A DNA stretch of 64,000 nucleotides, taken from assembly GCF_001194135.2 (NCBI RefSeq), contig NC_068990.1, positions 86,662,595-86,726,594 of the forward strand, written 5' to 3'. A program made the position numbers and the translations under genes. Origin of the DNA: Octopus bimaculoides (lineage: Eukaryota). A model generated the notes under the pieces. It saw nothing but the letters and a program-made list of their open reading frames with translations, was not told the DNA's origin and did no database searches. Positions 26,544 to 41,099 of the stretch are shown one piece after another (the stretch's first letter is position 1; the number at the start of each line of letters is the position of its first letter).

Positions 26544-27305
26544 TTGTATATAATTACAGTGTACATTTAAACACATAAGAGGTATCCATCATAGGATTTC
26601 TTGCGCGCTAGAAAGAACAGCTAAGTTCCAAACCACTATTAGGGATAAAACGTCGAAGGGAATGAAAAATAAAAATATTTAACCATCTAACTCTTGGACC
26701 ATGGTTTCTCATTTATTTTAGCAAATAAAGTAATTTGCTAGGCGAAGTCTTCTTCAGCATGTACACCTAGATCAAACATATATGCACGAGGCAATCCAGT
26801 ATATGCCCCGTGCTTATACATTCTAATTTTCCAAATCTACCTCGCAAGCGTAGCTCCTTGTCGGCAGTAAATAAAAAATTCCGGCGTTTCAATTCGAAAA
26901 TTATCCAGAAAAAAAATTATCAATAATTAATAATATCAAGGGTAATAAGAAATATTAGAAATTTCTACTACCAGTGGCCAAGCGTATAAAAATTTAGTCC
27001 ATAGACTATATATTATTCATATAAATACAGTGTACATTTAAACACATAAGAGGTATCCATCATTGGATTATTTGCACGATAGAAAGAACAGCTAAGTTCC
27101 GAACCACTATTAGGTATAAAACGTCGAAGGAAATGAAAAATAAAAACATTTACCCGGGATTCTTTCACTTTCCGTCTACCAAATCCACTCAAAAGGATTG
27201 AGTCGACCCGAGGTTGTAGAAGATACCTACCGAAAGTGCCACGCAGTGGGACTGAACCCAGAACCATGTTATTGGGAAGCAAGGTTCTTAATACACGGCC
27301 ACATT
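26292..27305 (-). mobile_element. SINE family A split by a 600-bp insert bounded by 130-bp direct repeats
   Basis: 3' half at about 26292-26480 and 5' half at about 27160-27305. Between them lies DR(26555-26684)-341 bp-DR(27026-27155). Confidence 0.75.
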
Positions 27306-27457
27306 TTTAAAATAAAAATTATTGTTTTAAAAATACGAGTGAGAGAACAAAGACAGGAAATTAGCATTCCACACATTTTGTTGGAAAGCGGAAAGAGCGA
27401 AGGGAACACAGATAAATAGACAGATAGCTACATGTAAGCATGTATATATGTGAATCA

Positions 27458-27497
<40 letters not shown>

Positions 27498-29860
27498 TCA
27501 CTGTACATTCAAACGCACACACAAATAATTGAACTGTTAATGGCTGAATGTAGTTCTAAAATACAATAGAATACATTAATCGTATTAATATATTCTTTTA
27601 TTGAATTCATTCGGTCATATGCTTCTATTGTGTGGTAGGTAAATTTCTAATTACCACAGTCACTCCACCGAATAATTTAGTTTAGTTAGCGACTGTTATG
27701 TCAACGATCTTACGGCGGTAGAACAACTGGTTTAGATGCACGTAATCTAAATGACATCATCTCTTGGTTATAGAATACTCATACACTGTTCAGGGGTGTA
27801 GTTTCCACTTATAAAGGTTCCATACCAGTGAGCGGCATCTTGGTCAAGTGTGTTCTATTGTAGCTTTGATTTAACCATTCCTTTGTGAGTAGAATTTGGT
27901 AGATTAGATGGAAACGCTAACACACATATATACACGTGAACGCATGCGCTCACATATAATTGGATTCAAACCGGAATCATTTAATTGGAATTAGAAAGTG
28001 AACCGGTTAACTGCACGAGTATGCCTGCGTTATTATACACACGCACATACCCTCACACACTCATATGTGAGTATGTGTGTGTGTGTATGTATGTATATGT
28101 GTGTGTTTACAATGTAAGAATTTTGAAATTTTGAGATAATTGAAATAAACTGGAATTCGTTGTTGTTAAAGCTATAAGTAATAGCATGTAGAAAACTGGG
28201 TTAGTACCGGAATATTGCCCATGCTAATACTTACAGCTTTATCTACAACGGATGAAAGAAATTAAAGAATACTCGTGGGACGCTATTATTCATGACTTTA
28301 TATTCGTCGAGTTCCAGACGATAAACAATTTACTGCAAGTCTATCGAAGTTTCTAGATTCTTGTAATGTAAACATCGCTGGTGAGAGCAATGTTAAAATG
28401 GAGGGGGAAATTCGAAGTGTTGCTTTGTTATATTTGTTACCATAACTGTGGGTTCGTATCCCGTAAGCAATATTTGACTTTTTCTTTCTATGCAAGTTTT
28501 TTCTTATTTTTTATTTTTTTAAGCCGATATTTTGCCCGCTATGTTCTTTGGCTTTATTTAATCCAAGTAGATATACAACTTCTACTGTTATATTTAAAAC
28601 CCACGTAAATTTTCATAATTTCGTATGAACAATAGCGTAAATATTATCACTGGGAGTAATGTCAATGATAGCACCGAAAGTACGTGTGTATGCGTGTGTG
28701 TGTGTGTGTGTATGAGAGTATATATTTATAAATACATGGGTGGCATAGTTTAACTACCTTAAAAAAAATTAGAGTAAAATTAAAGATATCAAAATAAATA
28801 GCAATATATCTGAGATACAAAACAGAGTTTCTGTAATGAAGCTCGCTGCATAATTAGTTCACCCAGTTGTGTCATGGCAGAAAGGTTTCAATTTATTCAT
28901 ATTCTGTAAGATACTACCATGAGATATTATACTTCGCAATTTATTTAGGACCGCTAAACATTGCTTTTGCAGTGTTTGTTGACGCCTTGTGGAGAGTTTA
29001 CTGCAGTTGAATGTGAATGAGGTGAATATTAATATCATTTCACCAGATATTGACACTTTGAGACCTGTTTGTCGCTGGTATATTTCATGTAAATAAACTC
29101 GTCTCCACTCGTCTCCGTATCAAATGCTACTACTTGAATACTTTCTGCAGCCAGCTGGATTGCACGAAAACATTTTCACAGCATGAAGATATTTACATGT
29201 ATTTTGATAGCTTGACACTTCGAAATTTTTTTTCTTCCATTTTTTTTTTCTTTGAGACCATTTAAACTACACATACATACACAGGCATTCCATTTCCAAT
29301 AGATAAGTGCCTCATCAAAAACCTAAAGCAACACCATGCTTGCAAAATGAATAATGATCCATCTAACACATAAGAAGATGAAATGACCAGTGAAAAGATA
29401 GACTCATGGAAACCGCAGGAGTTATCAGCAGGCGTTACTAAGCATGGCAGCATTAAGGTGGTTGATTTCGATGCCTATTGGCCACACGTCGAATGTCTTC
29501 CGAGTTAGAGGGATGCTATATTAATATTAGTGTGCAAGAGATATGGTGCCATGTTCAGCTGTAGTTACTTTTATGGTAATTCTTTACTTAAAACTATTGG
29601 TGACATATTCTTCGGATTTTTATTGAATTGCTTAAACGCATACATAGGATTCGTTTTTCTCCCATCTTTTCAAAGCAGATTTAAATCAGATACAAACATC
29701 ACGCGTGCAATCTTTAGGGTCAGACATCTGGGGGATAGGTGCATACAGCAAGGAAGAGGATTTACCAAATTTTCTTTAATCGAACTATATTCTTGGAGGT
29801 TGAAAAATTGAAATCACTGTAAGTGTCCCAACACAAACTAAAGATAAAGTTTAATGATAT

Positions 29861-29897
<37 letters not shown>

Positions 29898-30865
29898 ATA
29901 ATAAGTATTTTAACATAATTTTTGTTGATGGGAAATATTTCATACCAAAGCAAATAACGGTTTATAACTGATTCCTATCCGGTTGTAGTTCGAGAAAAAT
30001 CGAAGTCAATGAAAGAGAGTAACACAATGTCATAAAACTACAAACTTCAGGTTATATATATATATATATNNNNNNNNNNNNNNNNNNNNNNNNNNNNNNN
30101 NNNNNNNNNNNNNNNNNNNNNNNNNNNNNNNNNNNNNNNNNNNNNNNNNNNNNNNNNNNNNNNNNNNNNNNNNNNNNNNNNNNNNNNNNNNNNNNNNNNN
30201 NNNNNNNNNNNNNNNNNNNNNNNNNNNNNNNNNNNNNNNNNNNNNNNNNNNNNNNNNNNNNNNNNNNNNNNNNNNNNNNNNNNNNNNNNNNNNNNNNNNN
30301 NNNNNNNNNNNNNNNNNNNNNNNNNNNNNNNNNNNNNNNNNNNNNNNNNNNNNNNNNNNNNNNNNNNNNNNNNNNNNNNNNNNNNNNNNNNNNNNNNNNN
30401 NNNNNNNNNNNNNNNNNNNNNNNNNNNNNNNNNNNNNNNNNNNNNNNNNNNNNNNNNNNNNNNNNNNNNNNNNNNNNNNNNNNNNNNNNNNNNNNNNNNN
30501 NNNNNNNNNNNNNNNNNNNNNNNNNNNNNNNNNNNNNNNNNNNNNNNNNNNNNNNNNNNNNNNNNNNNNNNNNNNNNNNNNNNNNNNNNNNNNNNNNNNN
30601 NNNNNNNNNNNNNNNNNNNNNNNNNNNNNNNNNNNNNNNNNNNNNNNNNNNNNNNNNNNNNNNNNNNNNNNNNNNNNNNNNNNNNNNNNNNNNNNNNNNN
30701 NNNNNNNNNNNNNNNNNNNNNNNNNNNNNNNNNNNNNNNNNNNNNNNNNNNNNNNNNNNNNNNNNNNNNNNNNNNNNNNNNNNNNNNNNNNNNNNNNNNN
30801 NNNNNNNNNNNNNNNNNNNNNNNNNNNNNNNNNNNNNNNNNNNNNNNNNNNNNNNNNNNNNNNNN

Positions 30866-30924
<59 letters not shown>

Positions 30925-31334
30925 AAATATATACATACATATATACATATATATATAGACATACATACGGATGTATGTATGTATGTATGTATGTATGTAT
31001 GTATGTATGTATGTATGTATGCGTGTGTGTGTGTGTGTGTATGTATGTATAATTCCGTATCCCTGCAAGGAATTCTTCACTTGTTGATATAATACTATTT
31101 ACGATGTTTAACGAAACGTAAGAACGGATTTACGTGTCTACCCTGAGCGTTTCGTTTCTCCTTTCTAACCCCGTTCATCCCCAACACATTTTTCTCAGTC
31201 ATTTACACATACACTAATAGACACGGCACCTTTTCTTTCACCGTCTCACCTTCAATAGATACACATATACATACGCACACAAGTACACACACACACAGGC
31301 GAGCACTTCTCACATCCACACAGTTTTATCACCA

Positions 31335-31398
<64 letters not shown>

Positions 31399-32704
31399 AG
31401 TGTATATATATAGAGAGAGAGAGAGAAAGAGAGAGGTAGACAGTGTGCGTGTGTAAATGTGAACTCTATACTGAGATTGATGCTGAGGTGTCCTTCTATC
31501 TATACATGTATTCATATATACATATATACATATATACATATATATACATATATACATATATATACATATATACATATATATATATACATATATACATATA
31601 CATATATACATGGATACATACATACATACATACATACATGCATACATGCATGCATACATATATACATACATACATACATGCATGCATACATACATACATA
31701 CATAGATTCATACATACATAGATTCATACGTTTGTGCGCGCATCTGTTTAAGAATATATAATGATAGAATGAGCGAAAAAGAAAGAGAAAAATTTTCAGA
31801 AATACAGAAAGGTAACAGAAGAGAATGTGTAGATATTTTGAGTGTAAATGTAAGTACTTTCTTGAAACTAAGAGATAGATTTAGTGGTTTAAACTCACCT
31901 GTGCACAGCCACATATTCGCACATACATAAACTGTTGTATACACATTTTGAAAGGAATAATATAGAAGGTGTGAGGTCGAACACGTTCTTATTCCCAAAA
32001 GAAACACCAATCTATTATGAAAATTAATCAAAAATAAAACGAATTAAAGTAAGATAAACGAATCTTCACCTTGAAGCTACATATAAAAAAGACAACAAAA
32101 ATCTACAGAAATTCTGCTCGGAATTATACCACGTGCTTGAAGTAGCACAACTCCCCGCACATCTTCTACGTAGTAAAACGTCCCTCCAACATGAGAATTG
32201 GAAAAAGAATAACAACTACAAAAAATATCAATAAATCAATAAAATATAATAGAATGATGTGAAGCGGAATATTATGTGTGGGCGAGAGTGGAAGTCATTT
32301 CGTGACCATCCGCCATGATTAAATGAAACTAGATTTTATTTTATTTCTTATATTTTTTTCTTAAGTTTTATTTTTATTCTCATTTGGAAGACACAACACT
32401 TAGAATTAGTATCACACCTGAGCAGAAATACGAGGTGTCAAAAGCTTTTCAAATGAAATAAAATGAAATAATATTTCTAATAGTAATCATAATTTGTTCG
32501 ATATATGATGTGTGCGACAAGTCTATTTGCTTCGTGAAATTTCCTGTTTATGAAGTCAAATTCGCGAAGTTTGGTTGTTGAAAAGCAGATGCAATATTGG
32601 CAATTTGGTAGTATCAGTGAAATCATTAGTTGCATATTAATATCGCTTGCATAAGAGATTTTACAAAATAGAGATCTTAAAACTAATATATTGTCACCAA
32701 CACA

Positions 32705-32810
32705 CGTGGCATCTTGGACAAGTCACTTCAACCATAACGTCGGGCCGACCAAAGCCTTGTGAGTACATTTGTTAGGCGGAAACTGAAAAAACCCCGTCGA
32801 TTACATACAT
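32705..32810 (+). mobile_element. SINE family A, partial 5' half
   Basis: CGTGGCATCTTGGACAAG...GGGCCGACCAAAGCCTTGTGAGT...GGAAACTGAAA. Confidence 0.75.
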
Positions 32811-33310
32811 CTATATCTATCTATGTGGCTGTGTGTGTGTGTAATCGACAAGCTTTTCAGTTTATATACAATTCTATCTTCAGCATACATCGCTCATACA
32901 TTCCTATTCCTAAACCCCAAATTTCGAAAAAAAAAAAAAAACAATAAAAAAACCATCTGAAAGTCAACCGAAGAAAAACACGCCTGAACATATACAAAAC
33001 CGATCATTCAATAGAGCGACAGCAGAAACAAGCAAAACTTCTTTAGCATTTCATGGCTAAACAAAAATATAAACCACCCAGTAACAATACTCGCAGGTAA
33101 CTGATTTGTAAACCTAACATCTGAAACTTTAGACTCGTCCACCTTTAATAAACACACAACACTCAAATACAAGTCTCTGCACACATTTCGTTTGATTTCT
33201 CCCAATTCTGAACCGGTCACTTTAACCCTACTTCCCTGCACAAGAATACATATATATAGCACTTGTGTATGTATGTACACACATACACACACACATATAT
33301 ATATATAAAC

Positions 33311-33350
<40 letters not shown>

Positions 33351-35544
33351 ATGACAGATGAGGTATTAAAGGCGGGAGGTACTATAATATCATCACTTAA
33401 ACATGAATGTTCCGTTAGAACAAACTATACTGGAGTAGCTACCATGAAAGAAAGAAATTCTCATCTTAGTTTTGGTGCAAAATGCCCTCTTTTACGTCGC
33501 TCATGGCGTGATAAATCCCCGCCATCTCCAGCGCCGAGCCCACTAGATCACATGATTCCGACCTTCGTTGGGCTTGACAATGATGGACGCTCATTGAACA
33601 GGCGTAGGTGGCGGGATAAAACAGGGCCATTGTTGCATTCATTGAAGAGACAAAAACAGAAAAGAGACAACAGATAAGCCATGATGTTCTGATAAACAAA
33701 GGTTTTTATGCTCAATAAATAAGACTGGGATTTGAGTTTTTATTGAATGGGGACTCCTTTTATTACATTGTTCTGCGTGTAGTATCTACAATGTCCGAAG
33801 CACTTAAGCTATGATGCTCTTGTTGTTTATAATACTGTCATTTCTTATTGGGCAGAACTATGGTGAAATGTTTTCCAGCCGTGGCTGTCTCGTCTTCTAG
33901 AGTTAACAAGTACTATATTACTTTGTGTGTATTTCCTCTTCTTATAAAAGTATGGTTTGATACAATTTCGTAGTGATTCTGTCGTTGGCTTGGGTTACAA
34001 TGTTGTAATGTAATAAATGGATGTATTTAAAAAAAAGTAGGATTAGAATATTTGAAACGAAAAGAATGTATAAATTTTGATGGTCGATATATAGATTATG
34101 TGGTTGAAATACTGTACAAAGAAAGAGAACCAGAAATAAATAAAGAATAAGAAAAGGCAGACAAAAAGAGAGAAAAATAATTAAAAGGAAGCTATTTTTT
34201 TTATGAGTTTCCATTTTACAATTCAGTTCTTTCTGAAAGAAAAAAAAAACATTACAAATCTAATTTAGTCGTTAAATCACGAATATCTGATAGAAATATG
34301 ATGTTAAAATGAATACTAAGAATAAATGAAGTCGAAAATTGCCTACAAGATTCTATTTTATTGGAGGCTTTCACAATGAAATTTTAATTAAGTCCGCAGG
34401 CCTTACATGACGATGTTGCCTTATCTGTGACCTTATCCCGCTCAAATAAATATACTTATAACAAAGAATAGCTAAGATAAGTTTTCTCAGAAAGCCTCTG
34501 TTGTAGAAACGGAATTTTTTGTTGCAGCAGGGATACCAAGCCGGTGGCTATATATTATTGCTTTGATTCGGTGACATTGTTTCAGTGTAGCCCGCCATTG
34601 TCGAACAAATATATCAAATGCACTCAAACGTTGAAATTCCATTTATTTGACAGAGGCAGGATCACAATATCTAATGCGTCCGTTATTTAAAACAATAAGG
34701 AAGTAATTGAGGAAAATTTGGCTGCTATTTCTAAAAGAAAGAGCGATCATGTAAAAGTTCGTCCTATTTTTCTCCGAGCTATTCATATTGAAGGAACGGT
34801 TTGTTTGAATCATTCAAAGGAAGGGAACAATCGCTTAATAGACTTCGGATATCAGAGTCCAAGTTGACGAAGGACTACATACCTTCAGGTAATGTACGGC
34901 TACTAATTTATGAAAATGTGTTTCGATGAATGTACAACAAAGCTGAGTTTGAAAACTAAAATTAAAAAAAAAAAAAAATTATTGCATTTACTAATGATTT
35001 TATAATTAAATTTGATCTCAGCAACATTATTCAGAAAAAAAAATTCTTGTTTAAATGAAGATTAATGTCAAACTATGATTGGAAATTATGATTTTGATAA
35101 ATTATTAATTTTCATGTTTAACATTGGGAATTAAAAAATTGACAATTAACTGAACTGAGAATTGAAAGTATAAAAACAGTGTCTTCAGAAACCTCTGGAC
35201 GCTATTTGAACAAATACAATTCTTTATTAGCAATTAGATGGTTGGATGAATATCGTAAATTTAAGCATCAACGTGGAGCAGGAATAATTGTAGTCACTTT
35301 TGCTAATCAAAATGCCTAGTTTTTCAGAGTGGGTGATGGTAAATGGTACACTGTACTAAACGTACATTTCAGGAATATTTACTTGAGACTGAAAGACAAA
35401 TATTTTCTGGGTTGATCGAGGAAGAATTGAACTAGTACACGTATATGTCTATTGAAATGCAACCCAACATATGTAATGTTTGTTGATTCCATATTAATAT
35501 GAAAATTAGCTCACAGAATTGTAATTATTATTTTAAACAAGAAT

Positions 35545-35930
35545 GGGGTGAGCTGGCAGAACCGTTAGCGCGCCGGGCGAAATGCTTAGCTGTATTTTAT
35601 CTACTGCTACGTTCTGAGATCAAATTCCGCCGAGATCGACTTTGTCTTTCATCCTTTCGGATCGATAAGTTAAGTACCAGTTGCGTACTGGAGTCGACCT
35701 AACTCACTGCCGCCTTCCAAAAATGTCTGGCCTTGTGTCTAGAGTAGAACAAAAAAGAATATTAAAGAACATTAAAATAATTAAATCAAATAATGTACGA
35801 AGACATTTATATAAAAATATATATAAGAATATATGATGGAGAATTAGTTGCGTACTGGGGTAGATCTAATCGACTGGTCCCCTCCCCCAAAATTTCAGGC
35901 CTTGTGCCTATAGAAGGAAGGATTATTTTA
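35545..35930 (+). mobile_element. SINE family B copy (35545-35760) plus a second 3'-half copy (35845-35930)
   Basis: Full head and central domain, then a repeated GTTGCGTACTGG...GGCCTTGTG tail. Confidence 0.85.
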
Positions 35931-37445
35931 AGCAAGAATACAACATAAAGATTTAAACGCTTGCTATTCCAAAGAGTATTTGTTTTTAAATGATAGTGAA
36001 TAAAAAAATCCATTAAACTGGGTTTTCTTCGACTGGTGGATGGAAATGGTATATGTTCAGGGTGAATGTTTGTAGCTTGATATATGCAAGGAAAAAGTAG
36101 CTGAGGATAGAATTACAGAATATGTCATGCAGGGATGCGACAAGGAAAGAAACGGGTTGGTTGTAGCGAGGTGAATAGAGAGGGAACGGAGATGAAGGAA
36201 GCTGCATGAGATGTAGAAAAGATATGGAGAGAAAATTGTATCTGTCAACTTTTATTTATAGCCACAGTTTAGCTCCGATACAGTAAACATGTTACCTAAA
36301 ACATTTCATCCATCACCGTCTTGTTTGTTTTTTCTCCAACACAGTGCACGCGGAAACAATATTTGATATGTCTTCTCCATAGTAGTACGCCGTGATGAAA
36401 TTATTTTGTTGCTGTTATTAGCAGGCCGAGCGACCACATAGTATCTACTCCATCCGTTCTTGAGTGGTCGGCGTTCAATGATGGTGGTGACTGAATGCAC
36501 TTTTCAACATGTCCCTAATGTTTGTGCTATTAGAAGAGGCATTATGTTGTGCAGTAATCTACAGAAATACAACAGTGTCTAAGATATTACAGGAAACAAT
36601 CTTAAGGAGAAGTTATTATTAGTAACAACAATGTTGAAACCCTTCCGAACAGATTAGTTAAACTGTTAAGAGGAGAAAATGATTTGCAGTACGTTTTCCG
36701 AATCTCTCTGCTCGTTTTGGTTTTCTCATAAGGACTTCTGTTTGTTTAAAGATCAACAAACATTTGTAGATTGTAGCTACTATTTCTGTACTAAGGATAA
36801 TCTCCCTGTAATTTGTAGACATCAGTAAATTATTTGTTCTTTCAGAGCGGAAGAATACAACGTTCCAATCATTTCTAAATCAGGTTTATACACTGTATTA
36901 CATTGGGGGATATCATTGAATGTCTCGCAGTTTCGGTTTTCATCTCGTGACCAAGCATATTATGGCAGCTGAGTTGAGTTCATCTAAAATATCTGTTTAT
37001 TAATGATTTCATTAATGATTTAATGTGAAATAATCAACTTCTATGTCAAGATGACATTTAATAGCACTTTCTGTTGGTCTTTCTGTAAATCCTGGGAGAT
37101 ATCGATAAGATTCTCGAAATGTTCTTTATAGTTGCGTAGGTGTTACTGAATATTTATAGCTTTCAGTTTCAACATATTGAACTTTTCTTGGCAGTAATTT
37201 TATTGACAGTTTACCATAGCAAGAAGGACAGTTCGTTTGCTAGTGCATGCACATAGAAATCTATTTTGCCTTTTGTATAATTCAGTTGAGAGATTCCACG
37301 CGTGTAAATAAGATCTTGCAGAACATATTTGAATGCAGTCGTATTTCTCCCATAAGGTTTCGTTGACAATAAACAGACGAAACTGCATCGGACATCCAGG
37401 GTACTCTGCGTTTTTGACTTTTGTGCTGACGAAAAAACGTTATAG

Positions 37446-37477
<32 letters not shown>

Positions 37478-37609
37478 NNNNNNNNNNNNNNNNNNNNNNN
37501 NNNNNNNNNNNNNNNNNNNNNNNNNNNNNNNNNNNNNNNNNNNNNNNNNNNNNNNNNNNNNNNNNNNNNNNNNNNNNNNNNNNNNNNNNNNNNNNNNNNN
37601 NNNNNNNNA

Positions 37610-37611
37610 AT

Positions 37612-37665
<54 letters not shown>

Positions 37666-37667
37666 CG

Positions 37668-37733
<66 letters not shown>

Positions 37734-37904
37734 GTTATCAAGGGACATGCTCATCTGGTTAAAGTCAAACAACTGATAAGCAAATTTGTGGTATTGAGCA
37801 GAATATTTGCTTTAGCCCATATTTTATACCAAGACAAAACAATGTACATAATAACACTTCCAATCAGTTAAGATCAGAAGCCATGAGAACCACTGCCGCA
37901 TGGC

Positions 37905-37998
<94 letters not shown>
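37610..37998. repeat. (TCTA)n (37610-37732) and (ATT)n(GTT)n (37905-37998) microsatellites
   Basis: Directly visible. Confidence 0.95.
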
Positions 37999-39178
37999 AG
38001 TCTTTGGTCAATCTACGTGAAAAGAGTTTCTAGTCTTTGCAGTCCTGCTGTATTGTTTCCAGGAATTCTGTATTTAATACTGCAGCGTATTTAATTTGCT
38101 CTTGCGATTACACTAACAGCAGCAGCATTGACAACAGTAACTATTTCATCAACAATAATATCGGCAACACGAACAACAGTATTGGATACAATATCATAAA
38201 AGAAACATATATAAAATATCAGAACTACAACAAAAGGAACACTGTCGTCATCATCATCATCGCCACCATCATCATTGTCATCAACAAACCCAACAATCTA
38301 ATACATCACTAACAATATCAACAACATGTACAATGACGACACAGGTTCTCAATATAACAGGAAATTATTCTGAAGCAATTAAGTGACGAATATTTTTCTC
38401 CTCCTATTTCCATCCCCGCTCCTGCACCTCACACCTCTCATAGTGACCGTTAAATGGACAAAAATGTATCTTAGAAGCCATTTTAATTAAAACGAGATTA
38501 AATAATCTGATAACTGTTTTACGTTTTGTAACAAAGTGACAAGAACAAATATAAAGTCTACTCAAATAAGAAAGAGAGACAGAGAGAGACAGAGAGAGAG
38601 CTCACAAAGAGATGTGGATGTGAGTCCATTCTAGTACTCACCTTTATATTCTCCAGTCATTATTCTCCATAACAGCAACATATTAATCTTAATACTTAAC
38701 AACTGTGCTTTTGCTCTTTCCTGTCCGAGTACTCTTTGTAAGAACACATCTTGCTGTATGTTGTAAAATTGCTTTTGTAGGCTCACGCACGTGTGTTTCT
38801 CGCATATGTTTCAATCGTCCGTTTAACCAACATTAGATTTTAATATTATACTCTCGTAGTTTTATAGATTAGGGCAATTCTCTCAGTCAGTCTTCCGACG
38901 TGACTAAGCCTGTACTTTCCACTCGCTAGCAGATATGAAAATGAGACTAACAGAAATATTAAAGAAAGCAAATGGAAGAAAAACAAATAAAAAGAGTTCA
39001 ACACAATTTCTAAGACAAAAAATTCTGACCGCAAACATTTCAACTACGTCTATCATATCACTTACTGCGTCATGGCTACAAGTCCGAAGGAACATGCTCT
39101 TATTTGCTGAAGGAAGGCGGTGCTACAGTTCAACAGGATCCGATCCGGACTGGGGTACAAATATTAAATGAACAGCTA

Positions 39179-39613
39179 GAGGTGTGGTTGTGTGGTAAGT
39201 AGCTTGCTTACCAACCACATGGTTCCGGGTTCAATCCCACTGCGTGGCACCTTGAGTAGTGTCTTCTACTGTAGCCTCGGGCCGACAAAAGCCTTGTGAG
39301 TGGATTTGGTTGAAGGAAACTGAAAGAAGCCCTTCGTATATATATGTATATATATATGTATATATATGTATATATATGTATATATGTGTGTGTGCTTGTG
39401 TGTCTGTGTTTGTCCCCCCCCCCCAACTTCGCTTGACAACCGATGCTGGTGTGTTGACGCCCCCGTAACTTAGCAGTTCGGCAAAAGAGACCGATAGAAT
39501 AAGTACTAAGTTTACAAAAATAAGTCCTGGGATCGATATGCTGAACTAAAAAAAGGCAGTGCTTCAGCATGGCCACAGTCAAATGACTGAAACAAGTAAA
39601 GGAGTAAAAGAGT
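39179..39613 (+). mobile_element. SINE family A, full length
   Basis: Head GGTTGTGTGGTAAGTAGCTTGCTTACC...GGTTCAATCCC, internal (TA/TG)n, and 3' module ending AAACAAGTAAAGGAGTAAAAGAG. Confidence 0.92.
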
Positions 39614-40256
39614 TAAGTCTATTGCAGCATCTAATCAAGAGACATTAGAATGGAAACATTGATATCTTGTAAACAAGAGTCAAATGTATTTGGTCAGAGG
39701 ATATCAGAACTGAAACTCGGGTATACCTCTAAACAGACATATGATATATTCTAGCTGCGAGCACGATGATAATCGTTTCAGTCATAGTGTATCTAGAGCT
39801 ATATTAACGAGTGTGTGCATCCATTTTTTACAAAAGTATAGTATAACTATTTATTGGTTATTTCTAGCAGATCAAGGGACTGAGACGAGACTCACCGACT
39901 AATTTCATATTAAATGCTTTAAATGTTTAGTTGCACCATCATTTACCGATTTTATCTAATTTCATATCGGTAAGGTATCTCCAAGCAATAACTCGCATGA
40001 AGCCAACATACGGTTATATGTTTCGTTAAATTAATATCTCCATGTTTGAACATGTTTGAATAAATAATGGAGATGGCTATGGCTTATGTTGTTTTATCAA
40101 GCTAGTATTACATATCAAATATCAAACATTCATTAATCAGGTGTTGCTATTAAGTTAGATATGATCAGGATCATCAAGAGAAATCTGAACTGTTTGAAGT
40201 ATATAAAGCATGTGATTGGGAATATGTATGCATACGCACATACACACACAAGCGCA

Positions 40257-40328
<72 letters not shown>

Positions 40329-41099
40329 AGTGATATATTACATAAACGCAGGAGGAATAAAGTACTTAATCCATGATGTAAAATAAGAATTCAGTTTTTA
40401 TAAATCAAATATATCATTCTAGGAGCTACAGAGTGTGCATGTAAAAAGGTGTATGTGTGTGTTTTGTTTGGAAGTGTTGTATTTATTTGTTTGTTTTTAT
40501 TGTTTAATGTCGGTGGTGTTCGAGAATGTGCTTACTTGCAAGTGAGTGGATATCTGTATGTTAGTTTGAACAGCAGATTTCTTCGGAAAAGGATAAATTT
40601 AATCAGATTTGCTTTATCAGCCAATTTTTAAATGTATAGCTTAGAAGGCACATTTGGCAAAGTGTTAAAAATTTGCTTTGGTAAATGGAATCTAACGCAT
40701 GGAAGCATGTAACGTTTGAATTTACTTAACTTTTCGTAGAATGTTATTAGTGTTACCTAATGGAAAGGCGATATGCAATAGTAAATCAGTTAATTTGTGT
40801 AGTTTGAGGTCAGAGATTTTATTCTAGATGAGAGTGGTCTACGGAACATGTTATCAGATTGAAAGGGAGACGTTTGGGAAGAAGAGTAAAGCAGAGGACA
40901 GTACATGAACTGTAGAGAAGTATACGTCAAGCAAAGTTTAGGAAGATTTAAAACCCTCATTGCCTTAAGTTGCTTTGCCCCATACCTCTAATATGTTATA
41001 CGTAGGATTAATAATAATAACTGATGTTATACGTAGGATCAATAATAAACGACTTATCGACCAGAACGAAAGCTGACTCGAATCGTACACAATATCGCA

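Noticed and set aside
36500-37400. Possible decayed RT (LFIND-like, QDD-like pieces)
   Set aside because: Too degraded to call from sequence alone.
39179-39250. tRNA-like A/B boxes as real tRNA genes (also 25460-25530, 18697-18780)
   Set aside because: They are SINE heads followed by SINE bodies; no complete cloverleaf with an acceptor stem.
40993-41048. 31-bp-period direct repeat
   Set aside because: Two-copy slippage duplication at a Penelope edge; not a CRISPR-like array.
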